From NCBI GenBank assembly GCA_002778575.1, contig PFBJ01000004.1, positions 2,084 to 46,550 on the forward strand: a stretch of 44,467 bases of DNA, given 5' to 3'. The notes under the pieces were generated by a model. That model worked only from the letters and a program-made list of their open reading frames with translations. It was not told the DNA's origin and made no database searches. This DNA comes from Candidatus Kaiserbacteria bacterium CG10_big_fil_rev_8_21_14_0_10_49_17 (GTDB taxonomy: Bacteria; Patescibacteriota; Minisyncoccia; Phycocordibacterales; JABMNX01). The stretch's first letter is position 1, and every line of letters begins with the position of its first letter. A program made the position numbers and the translations under genes. Positions 17,397 through 27,501 of the stretch are shown in pieces.

Positions 17397-18184
17397 AGAA
17401 TAAGAAGGACGACTGCCGCAAGGGCGAGCCGATAGAGAATAAAAATACCGAGAGTGTTGGTGCGCAAAAAGCGCAGGAGGAAGTGGATAGCAAAAAGACC
17501 GGTGATAAACGCGGCACTCATGCCAAGTGCAATCGGCAGAAACTCCGCAAAAAGTGCTCCGCCCCAAAACAAATCAAGTGCTTTTTTGGCTCCTGCGCCG
17601 ATAAGGAGTGGTGCTCCGAGCATAAAGGCAAAACGTGCCGCTTCTTCCCGCGAGAGCCCGAAAAATAAACCGCCTGAGATTGCCATACCTGAGCGACTCA
17701 TTCCCGGAATGAGTGCAAGCGACTGGAAAAGCCCAATACGAAAACCACTTTTTGCAGAAAGCTCCTGCTCCTTTCTGGCAAACCGCTCTGCACTGTACAT
17801 AACCGCCGACCCGGCAATAAGCGTCCCCGCGACGAGCGCAGGGTTTCGGAAAATCGTTTCCATTTCCCTTTCAAGCAAAAGACCGAGCAGTACCGCTGGA
17901 ATGGTTCCAAGGATGAGCGCGTAGATGTACGCTCTCTGGAGGCGCGCAACCTCTCGTCTCTGCAGAAGATTCCACGATGACTGCAGTAGTCGCCAGAAAT
18001 CAGTTCTGAAATAGATAATAATTGCCGCCGCAGTTGCAAAATGAAGGAGCGCATCGAATGCAAGGTCATACGGGGTCGCGGGAAGCCAGAGCCGAGCCAA
18101 AACGAGGTGTCCTGATGAAGAAATGGGGAGGAATTCGGTCAAACCCTGGACTGTCCCAAGAATGATTGCAGATAGAAAATCCAT
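17393..18184 (-). CDS. uppP: Undecaprenyl-diphosphate phosphatase (BacA)
   Basis: LGTVQGLTEFLPISSSGHL, QSLALIPGMSRSG. Confidence 0.97.
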   Translation of the reverse strand: MDFLSAIILGTVQGLTEFLPISSSGHLVLARLWLPATPYDLAFDALLHFATAAAIIIYFRTDFWRLLQSSWNLLQRREVARLQRAYIYALILGTIPAVLLGLLLEREMETIFRNPALVAGTLIAGSAVMYSAERFARKEQELSAKSGFRIGLFQSLALIPGMSRSGMAISGGLFFGLSREEAARFAFMLGAPLLIGAGAKKALDLFWGGALFAEFLPIALGMSAAFITGLFAIHFLLRFLRTNTLGIFILYRLALAAVVLLIL

Positions 18185-18221
18185 GGTAGAATGTGCACAC
18201 ATTAGCACCTAACAGAGGAGC

Positions 18222-18938
18222 ATGCCACAAAAAAGCAAGTACACACTACCCATTGCCATCGTTGTCGCAGGAGTGCTTATCGCAACTGCGCTTTACTTTA
18301 CCAGCAACCGTACCGACACACCGACAACCACTACGGACGGTCAAACCGCACTGGTGCGGAGCGTGCAACCAGACGACCACATTCTTGGTAATCCGAATGC
18401 GCGCATTGTGATTGTTGAGTACTCAGATTTTGAATGCCCATTCTGTAAATCATTCCACGAAACCATGCATCAGGTTATTGACGTGTATGGACCGACAGGA
18501 GACGTCGCGTGGGTATTTCGCCAATTCCCTCTTGCGCAGCTTCACTCAAAAGCGCCTCGCGAGGCACAGGCTTCAGAGTGCGCGGCACAGCTTGGCGGGA
18601 ATGAGGCGTTCTGGAAATATGCAGATCGCATCTATGAAATAACGCCATCGAATAACGGACTCGACCTCTCAAAACTTCCGGAGATCGCTGCCCAAATCGG
18701 ACTCTCGGTGGACGCATTTAATGCCTGTATGGAAGGTAGTGACGCAAAAAATGCGGTTGATGAGGACGTGGCTGAGGCATTCTCTGCCGGTGGCCGCGGC
18801 ACGCCGCATAATGTAATTATTGTCGGTGACCAGCAAGTGGTGCTTGAAGGAGCCCAGCCATTTGCCGCAATGAAGAATGTTATCGACTCAATCCTTGCTC
18901 CAGACTCGGAAGTAGGAATCCCAGCAGTGACGCAATAA
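18222..18938 (+). CDS. Membrane-anchored DsbA/thioredoxin-fold disulfide oxidoreductase
   Basis: N-terminal TM, EYSDFECPFC, FPL..LH, GTP, GAQP. Confidence 0.92.
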   Translation: MPQKSKYTLPIAIVVAGVLIATALYFTSNRTDTPTTTTDGQTALVRSVQPDDHILGNPNARIVIVEYSDFECPFCKSFHETMHQVIDVYGPTGDVAWVFRQFPLAQLHSKAPREAQASECAAQLGGNEAFWKYADRIYEITPSNNGLDLSKLPEIAAQIGLSVDAFNACMEGSDAKNAVDEDVAEAFSAGGRGTPHNVIIVGDQQVVLEGAQPFAAMKNVIDSILAPDSEVGIPAVTQ

Positions 18939-18970
18939 ATCCTCGGTTGAGCCATTTTTGGCTGTGACAT

Positions 18971-18998
18971 ATCGACCCAATCATATGATTGGGTCGAT
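18971..18998. repeat. 28-bp perfect palindrome, REP-like family copy 1
   Basis: ATCGACCCAATCAT|ATGATTGGGTCGAT between convergent genes. Confidence 0.85.
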
Positions 18999-19003
18999 TG
19001 CAT

Positions 19004-19813
19004 TTACAGGAGCTCAAGACGATAAATATCGACAGAGTTCTCCCCGTCAAACATATCTGACGGATTGGGCAGATACCGCCGTGGGCGGCTAATCTCCTCG
19101 GTGGCGTCGCGTATGAGCCGATGGAAAAGTGCAAATTCTTCTTCACACTCTTTAAAATCAATAGCATATCGGCGCAACTGCGACTTTCCGTCAGCATTCT
19201 TTCTTTTTTTGCACTCTTGCACAATAAAACGCCGGATTGGCTGTTTGTAAAGGTCGCGGACAGTGTAGTAATTGAATATCGCTTGAATAGTAAAGAGCGT
19301 CTTTTGCCCCTTAAGCGAGCTAAATGAATCGACAAATTTATGGTCAACAATATCAAGCGCTCCCTTCTCAACTCGCGACTTCACAACAAGGTCAGAAATT
19401 GCCTTTACTGGTAGCGGAAGTCCTTCAACAGTGGCAGTGTGTGCCACCTCAACTCCCACAACAAAGTGGCGCGGCGGACGAGCAAAATAAAAGTCCATTG
19501 CCTGCGTATACTCACGCTCCATGCGCTCCCGTTTCTTTTTTCGTGCCAGAGTACTTGTTGCTTTGCCGAAATTAATTTCAAAATCAGCAACATTTTTAAT
19601 ATACAAAAGCCCCAATGCTCGCGCCTCGTCTCTCTCAACACCATTGTAGAAATGCTCAAGTGCCAGATGTCCGGCACGTCCTACAATAGCAGACGGGCTC
19701 GACGGCGTATCACGGACCTGCTCAACATAGTGCTTGTACCAAATAATCGGATTGCGCAAGAAAGCCATTAGTGATGAGTAACTCCAGTACGAAATGAGAG
19801 AGGCGTTTTTCAT
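19004..19813 (-). CDS. PD-(D/E)XK nuclease superfamily protein (RecB/AddB-nuclease-like)
   Basis: WSYSSL..F..NP..W, G.AGH.ALE, E...KAISDLV...IVDHKF, Q...Y. Confidence 0.8.
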   Translation of the reverse strand: MKNASLISYWSYSSLMAFLRNPIIWYKHYVEQVRDTPSSPSAIVGRAGHLALEHFYNGVERDEARALGLLYIKNVADFEINFGKATSTLARKKKRERMEREYTQAMDFYFARPPRHFVVGVEVAHTATVEGLPLPVKAISDLVVKSRVEKGALDIVDHKFVDSFSSLKGQKTLFTIQAIFNYYTVRDLYKQPIRRFIVQECKKRKNADGKSQLRRYAIDFKECEEEFALFHRLIRDATEEISRPRRYLPNPSDMFDGENSVDIYRLELL

Positions 19814-19856
19814 ACCACCACTATACCATCTCCCCTTTCACGACATATGGTTACTA

Positions 19857-19885
19857 TTGACATACACAGATATTTATGCTAGCAT
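19857..19885 (+). promoter_or_regulatory. sigma70-type promoter
   Basis: TTGACA-17 nt-TAGCAT with extended TG. Confidence 0.65.
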
Positions 19886-19955
19886 TAGAGCAGTTTTCCG
19901 TAGGTTATTCCTATGGTTTTTACGTACCGTACAACTTTTCTAGAGTGAGGGAAAA

Positions 19956-20708
19956 ATGACGACTGAGACGCATCACAAACCTGCTACCGTGAACCTCCTG
20001 GACGCCGCTGGCGTCAGCCCCAATGCCCTTCTTTCGCCCTGTACGAAGAAGGCAAGCGGCGCCAAGGTGCCGAAATCGACCAAGGCCGGAAAAACGACCG
20101 CGAAGGCGGCCGAGAAGCCGGAACGGAAGGTGCGCCGCAAGACGCCGATGAAGGCGGCCAAAAAACCTGTGGACCTCGACGATGCCGGCCGCGAAGGCGA
20201 ACTGAGAGGCACGGCCGCTGAGGAGTTCAGCGAGCTCGTGCAGGCCATCCAGCCCGCCAATCTCGCGCCAACCGCGGTTAAGGAGGCGTCGGAGCGCCCG
20301 AGTATCGAGCTCGTCGACGGGCTCGTGTGGATCACGATCCCGCGGGAGGCGGAAGTGAGCAATCACTTCCACCGCTTCGAGTGGCAGGTGCCGGTCGACG
20401 GCAAGAGAAGCATCAAGGTGCTCCTCAATGCCGAGCGACAGCTCCCGCTCGGAGGTGCCGTGGGAGCCCAAGTTCGGGTCGTCACGGAAAAGCACAAGGG
20501 CAAGCCGCGAATGCGGCTTGCCGTGGGGTGGGACTTCACTCCCACCCCCATCATACGGCGTGACTGCCGGATGATGCGTCCCTTCTCGCCGTCCGAGCGG
20601 ACGGCGAGCCTCGAGAACGCTATCGAGGAGGGACTCGCCTCCGAGTTCCCCATCCCGGGGACCGAGGGCTACTCCCTCATCGTCGGGCCGGTCGGCTGCG
20701 GCATCTAG
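19956..20708 (+). CDS. GC-rich hypothetical protein with Lys/Ala-rich N-terminal region
   Basis: 250-aa ORF with strong G/C third positions, its own promoter, SD-like GAGGG and a terminator. Confidence 0.7.
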   Translation: MTTETHHKPATVNLLDAAGVSPNALLSPCTKKASGAKVPKSTKAGKTTAKAAEKPERKVRRKTPMKAAKKPVDLDDAGREGELRGTAAEEFSELVQAIQPANLAPTAVKEASERPSIELVDGLVWITIPREAEVSNHFHRFEWQVPVDGKRSIKVLLNAERQLPLGGAVGAQVRVVTEKHKGKPRMRLAVGWDFTPTPIIRRDCRMMRPFSPSERTASLENAIEEGLASEFPIPGTEGYSLIVGPVGCGI

Positions 20709-20726
20709 ACGATCAAGACCACGTAC

Positions 20727-20758
20727 AAAAGGCCGGTGCGCACGCGCACCGGCCTTTT
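20727..20758. terminator. Bidirectional terminator
   Basis: AAAAGGCCGGTGCG-cacg-CGCACCGGCCTTTT. Confidence 0.85.
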
Positions 20759-20768
20759 TCTTTTACTT

Positions 20769-22061
20769 TTAATAATTCTTCAATTGTTGGGAGCGTTCGT
20801 GCGTTCGGATTTTCTCAAGTGCTTTTGCTTCGATTTGCCGGATTCGTTCACGCGTAACGCCAAATTCCTTCCCCACTTCTTCAAGGGTATGGTAAATACC
20901 ATCCTCAAGACCGTGGCGCATTTCAAGAATTTTTCGCTCCTTTGGCGAGAGTTCGTGAAGAATCTCTCCTATTTGATCTGCCAGAATACGCTGTGCTGAC
21001 TCTTGGTCGGGAGAGAGTATGCGGTCATCAGCAATAAAGTCGCCGAGTGTTGATTGTCCGTCGTCACTGTCGCTTCCAACCGGACTTTCAAGCGAAACAG
21101 TATCCTGATTAATTTTTTTAATATTGTGGATCTTCTCGACATCAACTCCCATTTCCGTTGCAATTTCCTCCGGTAGTGGATCCCGTCCAAGGTCTTGGCT
21201 GAGGCGTCGTACTACCTGCTTGTACTTGGCAATCGTTTCAACCATGTGGACCGGAATACGAATGGTGCGACTCTGGTCGGCAAGCGCGCGGGTTATCGCC
21301 TGGCGAATCCACCACGTCGCATAAGTCGAGAATTTATACCCTTTTGTATAATCGAATTTATCAACCGCTTTAAAGAGTCCGAGGTTCCCTTCTTGGATAA
21401 GGTCAAGGAGAGTAAGGTCCGGAGAGCGCCCAACGTACTTCTTTGCAATTGAAACCACGAGACGCAGGTTTGCGCGCGCAAGGAGATTTCGCGCCTCGTC
21501 ATCTCCTTCCGTAATCCGCTTTGCCAACTCACGCTCTTCAAGCGCGGTTAAGAGCGGGTACTGTCCAATTTCCCGCAAGTACATTTGAATCGAGTCGTAG
21601 GTTGAATCGCTTCCGCGCTTATAGAGATTGCGTTTATCGAGAAGCTCCTCAGAGGCCGCCTCCTCAAGAATACCGCCGCCTTCAAGCACATCGATATTTG
21701 CAGTGCTCATCTTGTCGTACATTTCCTCGAGAAACAGCACATCCTCTTCAATGGTTGGAAATTCGCGGAGAATTTCATCATACGTTACGTACCCCCTCTC
21801 ACGTCCGCGCGCCAAGAGACGGCTCGCTTTTTCATTGCGCTCCTTTTCTTTTTTTGTTGCGGCTTTCTTCGGCGCTTTCTTTTTTAAGGCCTTCTTTGGC
21901 GTGCTCTTGCGGGTGCTCTTTTGTGGAGTCTTCTTTTTTGTAGATTTTTTTGCGCCTTTCCTCTTTGTGACATTCTTTCTTGCTGTTTTTTTTGGCGTCT
22001 TCTTCTTAATTGCGCGTTTTGTAACCTTTCTCTTTGTAGTGGTTTTTTTCTTTGGTGCCAT
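20769..22061 (-). CDS. rpoD: Primary sigma factor with Lys-rich N-terminal extension
   Basis: [61 protein letters not shown]. Confidence 0.97.
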   Translation of the reverse strand: MAPKKKTTTKRKVTKRAIKKKTPKKTARKNVTKRKGAKKSTKKKTPQKSTRKSTPKKALKKKAPKKAATKKEKERNEKASRLLARGRERGYVTYDEILREFPTIEEDVLFLEEMYDKMSTANIDVLEGGGILEEAASEELLDKRNLYKRGSDSTYDSIQMYLREIGQYPLLTALEERELAKRITEGDDEARNLLARANLRLVVSIAKKYVGRSPDLTLLDLIQEGNLGLFKAVDKFDYTKGYKFSTYATWWIRQAITRALADQSRTIRIPVHMVETIAKYKQVVRRLSQDLGRDPLPEEIATEMGVDVEKIHNIKKINQDTVSLESPVGSDSDDGQSTLGDFIADDRILSPDQESAQRILADQIGEILHELSPKERKILEMRHGLEDGIYHTLEEVGKEFGVTRERIRQIEAKALEKIRTHERSQQLKNY

Positions 22062-22065
22062 ACTT

Positions 22066-23781
22066 TTATTTTACTTCACTTTCTTCTAATTGTTGAATTC
22101 GTTTAGACAATTCACTGCTTTCCTTTTGAAGCGCCTGCGCTCGCTTACTATCTCCGCTGCTCTCTGCTTTCCGATGCTCCTCATTTACCCACTGCCGGCG
22201 GGCTTTCATATATTCCTTTGCAAGCCCTCGCAGGAGCTCATCTACCTCACGCTCTATCTTCCCCTCGTCCTGAATATAGAGTTCCGCTCGAAATGACAGT
22301 TCTTGTGATTCCTCATTCGGTATATCTTTAAGCTTATTAAATCGCTCTTCCCCGGTAATACCCACGATTGATTTTGTGAGCTCTGCAATATTTATATGCG
22401 GGTCTTTGAGCGATTCCTGCCAAAACAGTATGCCCATTAACGCTTCCTCGAGACGTTTTCTGCGACTGACCGGCCTTGCATTTCTGTACTGGTCGTCTCT
22501 TGGCACTACGCCCCGCTCACCAAGAGCGGCAATGCGTGATACTTCAGTGCGCACCGACTCCTCTGGAACACCTATTCGCTTTGCCACCACGGTAATAAAG
22601 TGTTCCCGATCTATCATACTCGTGATGCGCGCAAGGAATGGCAGCACATACTCTTCGACTCGCCGCTTGTATGTCCGGTCATCAAGGTTAAGTTCCGCAA
22701 GGTATGCAAGATAAAAGTCGACAATGTGCACACTTTCGCGGAGTGCCGCCCGCCACGCTTCTTTATCCGTAAGAATGAGGTCGGCCGGATCAACCCCAAG
22801 AGGCAGCCGTGCTACTTTTACATCCATGCCAAGTGAGAGCGCAAGTGCGGCACTTTTGCCAGCCGAGGCAACCCCAGCCCGATCAGCATCAAGCGCAAGG
22901 ACAACATTGTTTGAGAGGCGCTTGAGCAGTGTCAGCTGTTCCTCTGTAAGGGCCGTCCCAGATATGGCAACAGTGTTAAGAAATCCCGCCTGCTGGCTAA
23001 GCAGTACATCCATTTGCCCTTCAACGACAATCGAAAAATCGTATTTCCCAATAGCTGATTTTGCGCTGTCATACCCGAAAAGTATGCGGGATTTGTGGTA
23101 GAGCGGTGTTTCTGGTGAATTAATGTACTTGGCTGAATCCTCGGACCCTTCGAAATGCCGTGCTGAAAATGCGACAGTACGTCCCGCTGAATCACGGATC
23201 GGGAAGATTATACGCCCTCGGAAACGGTCATAGTAGCCCTTCTCAGTTTTCTTTATGAGTCCTGCTTTCTCAATCAACGCATCACTGTGCCCCGTAATTT
23301 TAAGGGCGTCATAGAGGTCGCGCCACTCATTTCTTGCGTATCCAATGCGAAAGAGTGTAATGCTCTTCTCTGTTAATCCTCTTTTTTTGAGGTATGCAAG
23401 CGCTTCTGCGTTCCCTTTCAGGTTACTCTCAAAGTGCTTTGTCGCGTCAGCAACAATCTGGTAGAGCTTTTCGTTTTCGTTCTTATTTCTCCCTGGTTCA
23501 TGCGCAAGTACTACGCCTGCCCGGTCAGCGAGAATGCGCAGTGCCCCCTGAAAATCCACCCCCTCAAGTTTTTCAACAAAGGTGAACATGTCACCCCCTT
23601 GATTAGTGGAAAAACAGTAAAAGAGCCCCCTGTCCGGCGAGACATAAAATGAGGCAGTTTTCTCATTTGAAAAAGGTGATTTTGCCTTATGGTACTTGCC
23701 TGCCTTCTCAAGCTTTATGTACGAAGAAACCACATCAATTATTGAGAGTTTCTCTTTAATTTGCTCGACGGCGCTGCGCAT
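22066..23781 (-). CDS. dnaG: DNA primase
   Basis: [44 protein letters not shown] motifs. Confidence 0.97.
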   Translation of the reverse strand: MRSAVEQIKEKLSIIDVVSSYIKLEKAGKYHKAKSPFSNEKTASFYVSPDRGLFYCFSTNQGGDMFTFVEKLEGVDFQGALRILADRAGVVLAHEPGRNKNENEKLYQIVADATKHFESNLKGNAEALAYLKKRGLTEKSITLFRIGYARNEWRDLYDALKITGHSDALIEKAGLIKKTEKGYYDRFRGRIIFPIRDSAGRTVAFSARHFEGSEDSAKYINSPETPLYHKSRILFGYDSAKSAIGKYDFSIVVEGQMDVLLSQQAGFLNTVAISGTALTEEQLTLLKRLSNNVVLALDADRAGVASAGKSAALALSLGMDVKVARLPLGVDPADLILTDKEAWRAALRESVHIVDFYLAYLAELNLDDRTYKRRVEEYVLPFLARITSMIDREHFITVVAKRIGVPEESVRTEVSRIAALGERGVVPRDDQYRNARPVSRRKRLEEALMGILFWQESLKDPHINIAELTKSIVGITGEERFNKLKDIPNEESQELSFRAELYIQDEGKIEREVDELLRGLAKEYMKARRQWVNEEHRKAESSGDSKRAQALQKESSELSKRIQQLEESEVK

Positions 23782-23816
23782 GTGTGTATTGTAAGTGCGT
23801 ACGCCTTCCTCGCAAG

Positions 23817-26800
23817 CTACTCGCTTGCACGCTCGTCCTCCTCCTCGTGCGAGTTAAAGCTCTCCTGAAGTTCAGCAATACGAGTATACTTTGGACTATT
23901 TTCAAAGCCCGTTCCTGCAGGAATGAGTCGCCCGATAATAACATTCTCCTTAAGTCCTCGAAGGTTGTCTGCTCCGCCGCGTACAGCTGCATTAATGAGT
24001 ACTCTGGTGGTGTTCTGGAATGACGCAGCAGAGAGGAAGCTCTTACGCGAAAGCGAGACTTCCATAATGCCGAGAATGAGCGGTTCGACAACTGCTGGAG
24101 TCCCGCCACTTTCTTTTACGCGCGCATTTTCATCTGCAACATCTGCTTCACTCGCTGTCTCGCCGACGGTAAATTCAGTGTCGCCCGCCTGCTTAATGCG
24201 TCGACGTGAGAACATTTGCCGAATGATGACTTCGATGTGTTTCCGCGCGATGGTGACACCTTGCAACTCGTAGATGCGATTCACTTCATTGACGATGTAC
24301 TCTTGTGTTGCTTCACGTCCTGCGTACTTAAAGAGCTCCTCTAGATTTGCCGATCCGTCAGTTAGGAACTGCCCCTTTACTACTTTCTCGCCCACCTTTA
24401 CCAGCGGCATGCGTAGGAAGTGAACTGAATACTCGGTATCTTTTTTCTTTACCGTCTTACTTGCTTCATCTGGAGTAAGAATAATGATTTTCTCCTTCCC
24501 TTCATCGCGGATCTCCGACACTTCACCGTCAACACGAGCAACGACAGCGGCATTTTTTGGAATTCGTCGCTCAAAGATTTCCTCAACGCGAGGAAGTCCT
24601 TGTGTAATATCACCGCCAACAGATGCGGTACCGCCGGTATGGAATGTACGCATTGTAAGCTGTGTTCCCGGCTCACCAATTGCCTGCGCCGCAACTGTGC
24701 CGATTGCCTCACCGAGGTCAATGAGTTCATTTGTCGCAATGTCAGCGCCATAGCACTGCTGGCAGATGCCGTAGTGCGTTTTGCAGGTAACTGGTGAGCG
24801 GACTATTACCTTCTCTACGTCAGACTCTTCAACGACGCTCGCGTCTGCGCCTGAAAGCAAATGCCCCTTCTTAAAGAGTGTGTTGCCGTTACTGTCGACT
24901 ATATCCTCTGCGACCACGCGACCTTTAATGCTTCGGGCAAATGAGACCTCGATACCGGATGCGCTAAACCGAGTAATTTCAACACCCTCTTTTGTGCCGC
25001 AATTTGCCTCAGTAATAATGACATCCTGCGCAACGTCAAAGAGCCGCCGGGTAAGGTACCCTGCTTTTGCGGTTTGAAGCGCAGTGTCAGTGAGACCTTT
25101 TCGAGCGCCGTGAGTCGACGCAAAGTATTCAATGGGGGTTAGACCCTCCTTCATTGAAGCAATAATTGGGAATTCGATAGCCTCTCCCTTCGTATTCTGG
25201 ACAAGTCCTTTCATGCCGGCCATTTGGTTGAGCTGCCGCACCGAGCCGCGCGCGCCGGAGAGAAGCATATCTGCAACCGGACCATTCGGGTCAAGCGCGC
25301 CCTTAAGGTACTTTTCAATCTCGCCACTTGTCCCCTGCCACAACTCAATCAAAAGTCGTCGCTTTTCAGTCCGTGAAAGGAGCCCGTCGTTGAACTGCTT
25401 GTGAATTTCCTGTGCGCGCTTTTGTGCTTCCTCGATAATCTGTGCTTTTTCCTCAGGAATGCGGACATCTGAGAGACTCCAGGTAATACCTGCTCGCGTC
25501 GCGTACGTAAATCCAAATTCTTTTATTCGATTGAGAATTCCGGGGAGTTCATCAAGGCCGTACGCAATAATGAGGTCATCGACGAGAGCGCTCATCTTCT
25601 TATTCGTCATTTCGTCGTTGATGTACGCGAAGTCACGCGGGAGTACCGAGTTAAAAAGGAGACGCCCAATCGAAGTCTCGAATGCTTCACCGTTAAATCC
25701 AGCGTATTTCGGAGAATCTGTCGGAAGCACTTTGATTTTTGCTCGGAATCCGACCGCATCGAAGTCATACGCGGTGATCGCGTCATTCGGTGATGCGTAA
25801 AAATTCCCCTCTCCCTTTTCCCCTTCAACAATCTTTGTCATCCAGTAACAGCCGAGAATAATGTCTTGTCGCGCGCTCGTGACCACCTCGCCGCTTCCCG
25901 GCTTCAGCACATTCTTATTTGCAGACATAATCGTGCGTGCCTCGTGCTGCGCTTCATCTGAAAGCGGTACGTGGACTGCCATTTGGTCACCATCGAAGTC
26001 AGCATTGAATGCCTGACAGACAAGCGGGTGCAACTGGATAGCGTTTCCTTCAATGAGAATCGGTCGGAACGCTTGGATACCCTGACGGTGAAGCGTTGGA
26101 GCACGGTTTAGAAGCACGTGCTTGTCCTTAATGACATCTTCAAGGATTGCCCACACTTCCGGAATTCCCTCTTCGATGAGGCGGCCGGCGCCGCGGATGT
26201 TATACGCGAGCTCTTTTTCAAGAAGTTGCGCGATCACAAACGGACGGAAAAGTTCGAGTGCCATGTGTTTTGGCAGACCGCACTGATCAAGCACAAGGTC
26301 CGGACCAACCACAATAACTGATCGGCCGGAGTAATCGACTCGTTTACCGAGAAGATTTCCTCGGAAGTATCCCTGTTTTCCTTTGAGGTAGTCAGAGAGC
26401 GATTTAAGTGGTCGACGCTGGCTCTGGCTCATAGCCGAGAACATCGTATTGCCGTGGCGGATTGAATTGTCAAGGAGCGCGTCAACTGCTTCCTGGAGAA
26501 TTCGTTTTTCGTTGCGCTGAATCACTTCAGGCGCGTTAATGTCTTTCAGTTTCTTCAGTCGGTTATTTCGGTTGATGACGCGGCGGTACAGGTCGTTTAC
26601 ATCAGATGATGCGTGACGGCCTCCTTCAAGGGCAACCATAGGACGCAGCGCCGGCGGAATAACCGGAATGCGAACCATAAACATCCACTCGGGGCGAACC
26701 CCCGCCTTGCGCATTCCTTTTAAGAGCGAGAGACGTTTATTGAGCTTTGCCCGCTCAACAGCACCGGCGCTCTCGCGTGCCTCCTCGAGTTTTGAAATGA

Positions 26801-27497
26801 GCGTATCGAGGTTAATGTTTTTGAAAATATTGTATACAGCCTCAGCGCCAATTTCAGCTTCAAAGAGCCCTCCGTATTTGATTGAAAACTTGTGATAGGA
26901 AACCTCGTCAACAACGGCCATTTCCTGAATGCTCTGGATTTCCTGTTTCGTTGCCGTGAGCAGCTCTTTGAGTTTCGTTTTTGTCTTGGAGTCCTGCGCT
27001 GACGCAACCTTACTCTTGTATTCTTGGTCGAGCTCCTTAAGGAGCCGTGCGCGCTCATCCTCGTGCACTTTCGTAATAATGTAGCCCGCAAAGTAAATAA
27101 CCTTCTCAACCTCACTTGCAGAAAGACCGAGAATAAGTGCGATACGAGACGGAATGCCGCGCAAGAACCAGATGTGCGAGACTGGCGTTGCAAGCTCAAT
27201 GTGTCCCATCCGCTCGCGGCGTACAATTGAGCGCGTTACCTCGACACCGCACTTGTCGCACACTATCCCCTTAAAGCGGATACCGCGGTACTTACCGCAG
27301 TAGCACTCGTAGTCCTTCTCCGGACCGAAGATTTTTTCATCAAAGAGGCCGTTTTTCTCTGCACGTTGTGTTCGATAGTTGATGGTCTCAGGTTTTGTAA
27401 CCTCTCCGTGTGACCAATCAATAATACGCTCGGGAGAAGCGAGCTTTAGTGTTATCGCATCAAAGTCTTGGATAGTGTGATCGTCGTGTTTTTGCAT
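23817..27497 (-). CDS. rpoC: RNA polymerase beta' subunit
   Basis: KPETINYRT, zinc-ribbon CYCGK..CDKC, NADFDGDQM, GEPGTQLTMRTFH; start set at MQKHDD. Confidence 0.99.
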   Translation of the reverse strand: MQKHDDHTIQDFDAITLKLASPERIIDWSHGEVTKPETINYRTQRAEKNGLFDEKIFGPEKDYECYCGKYRGIRFKGIVCDKCGVEVTRSIVRRERMGHIELATPVSHIWFLRGIPSRIALILGLSASEVEKVIYFAGYIITKVHEDERARLLKELDQEYKSKVASAQDSKTKTKLKELLTATKQEIQSIQEMAVVDEVSYHKFSIKYGGLFEAEIGAEAVYNIFKNINLDTLISKLEEARESAGAVERAKLNKRLSLLKGMRKAGVRPEWMFMVRIPVIPPALRPMVALEGGRHASSDVNDLYRRVINRNNRLKKLKDINAPEVIQRNEKRILQEAVDALLDNSIRHGNTMFSAMSQSQRRPLKSLSDYLKGKQGYFRGNLLGKRVDYSGRSVIVVGPDLVLDQCGLPKHMALELFRPFVIAQLLEKELAYNIRGAGRLIEEGIPEVWAILEDVIKDKHVLLNRAPTLHRQGIQAFRPILIEGNAIQLHPLVCQAFNADFDGDQMAVHVPLSDEAQHEARTIMSANKNVLKPGSGEVVTSARQDIILGCYWMTKIVEGEKGEGNFYASPNDAITAYDFDAVGFRAKIKVLPTDSPKYAGFNGEAFETSIGRLLFNSVLPRDFAYINDEMTNKKMSALVDDLIIAYGLDELPGILNRIKEFGFTYATRAGITWSLSDVRIPEEKAQIIEEAQKRAQEIHKQFNDGLLSRTEKRRLLIELWQGTSGEIEKYLKGALDPNGPVADMLLSGARGSVRQLNQMAGMKGLVQNTKGEAIEFPIIASMKEGLTPIEYFASTHGARKGLTDTALQTAKAGYLTRRLFDVAQDVIITEANCGTKEGVEITRFSASGIEVSFARSIKGRVVAEDIVDSNGNTLFKKGHLLSGADASVVEESDVEKVIVRSPVTCKTHYGICQQCYGADIATNELIDLGEAIGTVAAQAIGEPGTQLTMRTFHTGGTASVGGDITQGLPRVEEIFERRIPKNAAVVARVDGEVSEIRDEGKEKIIILTPDEASKTVKKKDTEYSVHFLRMPLVKVGEKVVKGQFLTDGSANLEELFKYAGREATQEYIVNEVNRIYELQGVTIARKHIEVIIRQMFSRRRIKQAGDTEFTVGETASEADVADENARVKESGGTPAVVEPLILGIMEVSLSRKSFLSAASFQNTTRVLINAAVRGGADNLRGLKENVIIGRLIPAGTGFENSPKYTRIAELQESFNSHEEEDERASE

Positions 27498-27501
27498 ACT
27501 A

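Noticed and set aside
19004-19813. Cas4 / CRISPR system
   Set aside because: PD-(D/E)XK motifs are present but the four-Cys Fe-S ligands, other cas genes and an array are absent.
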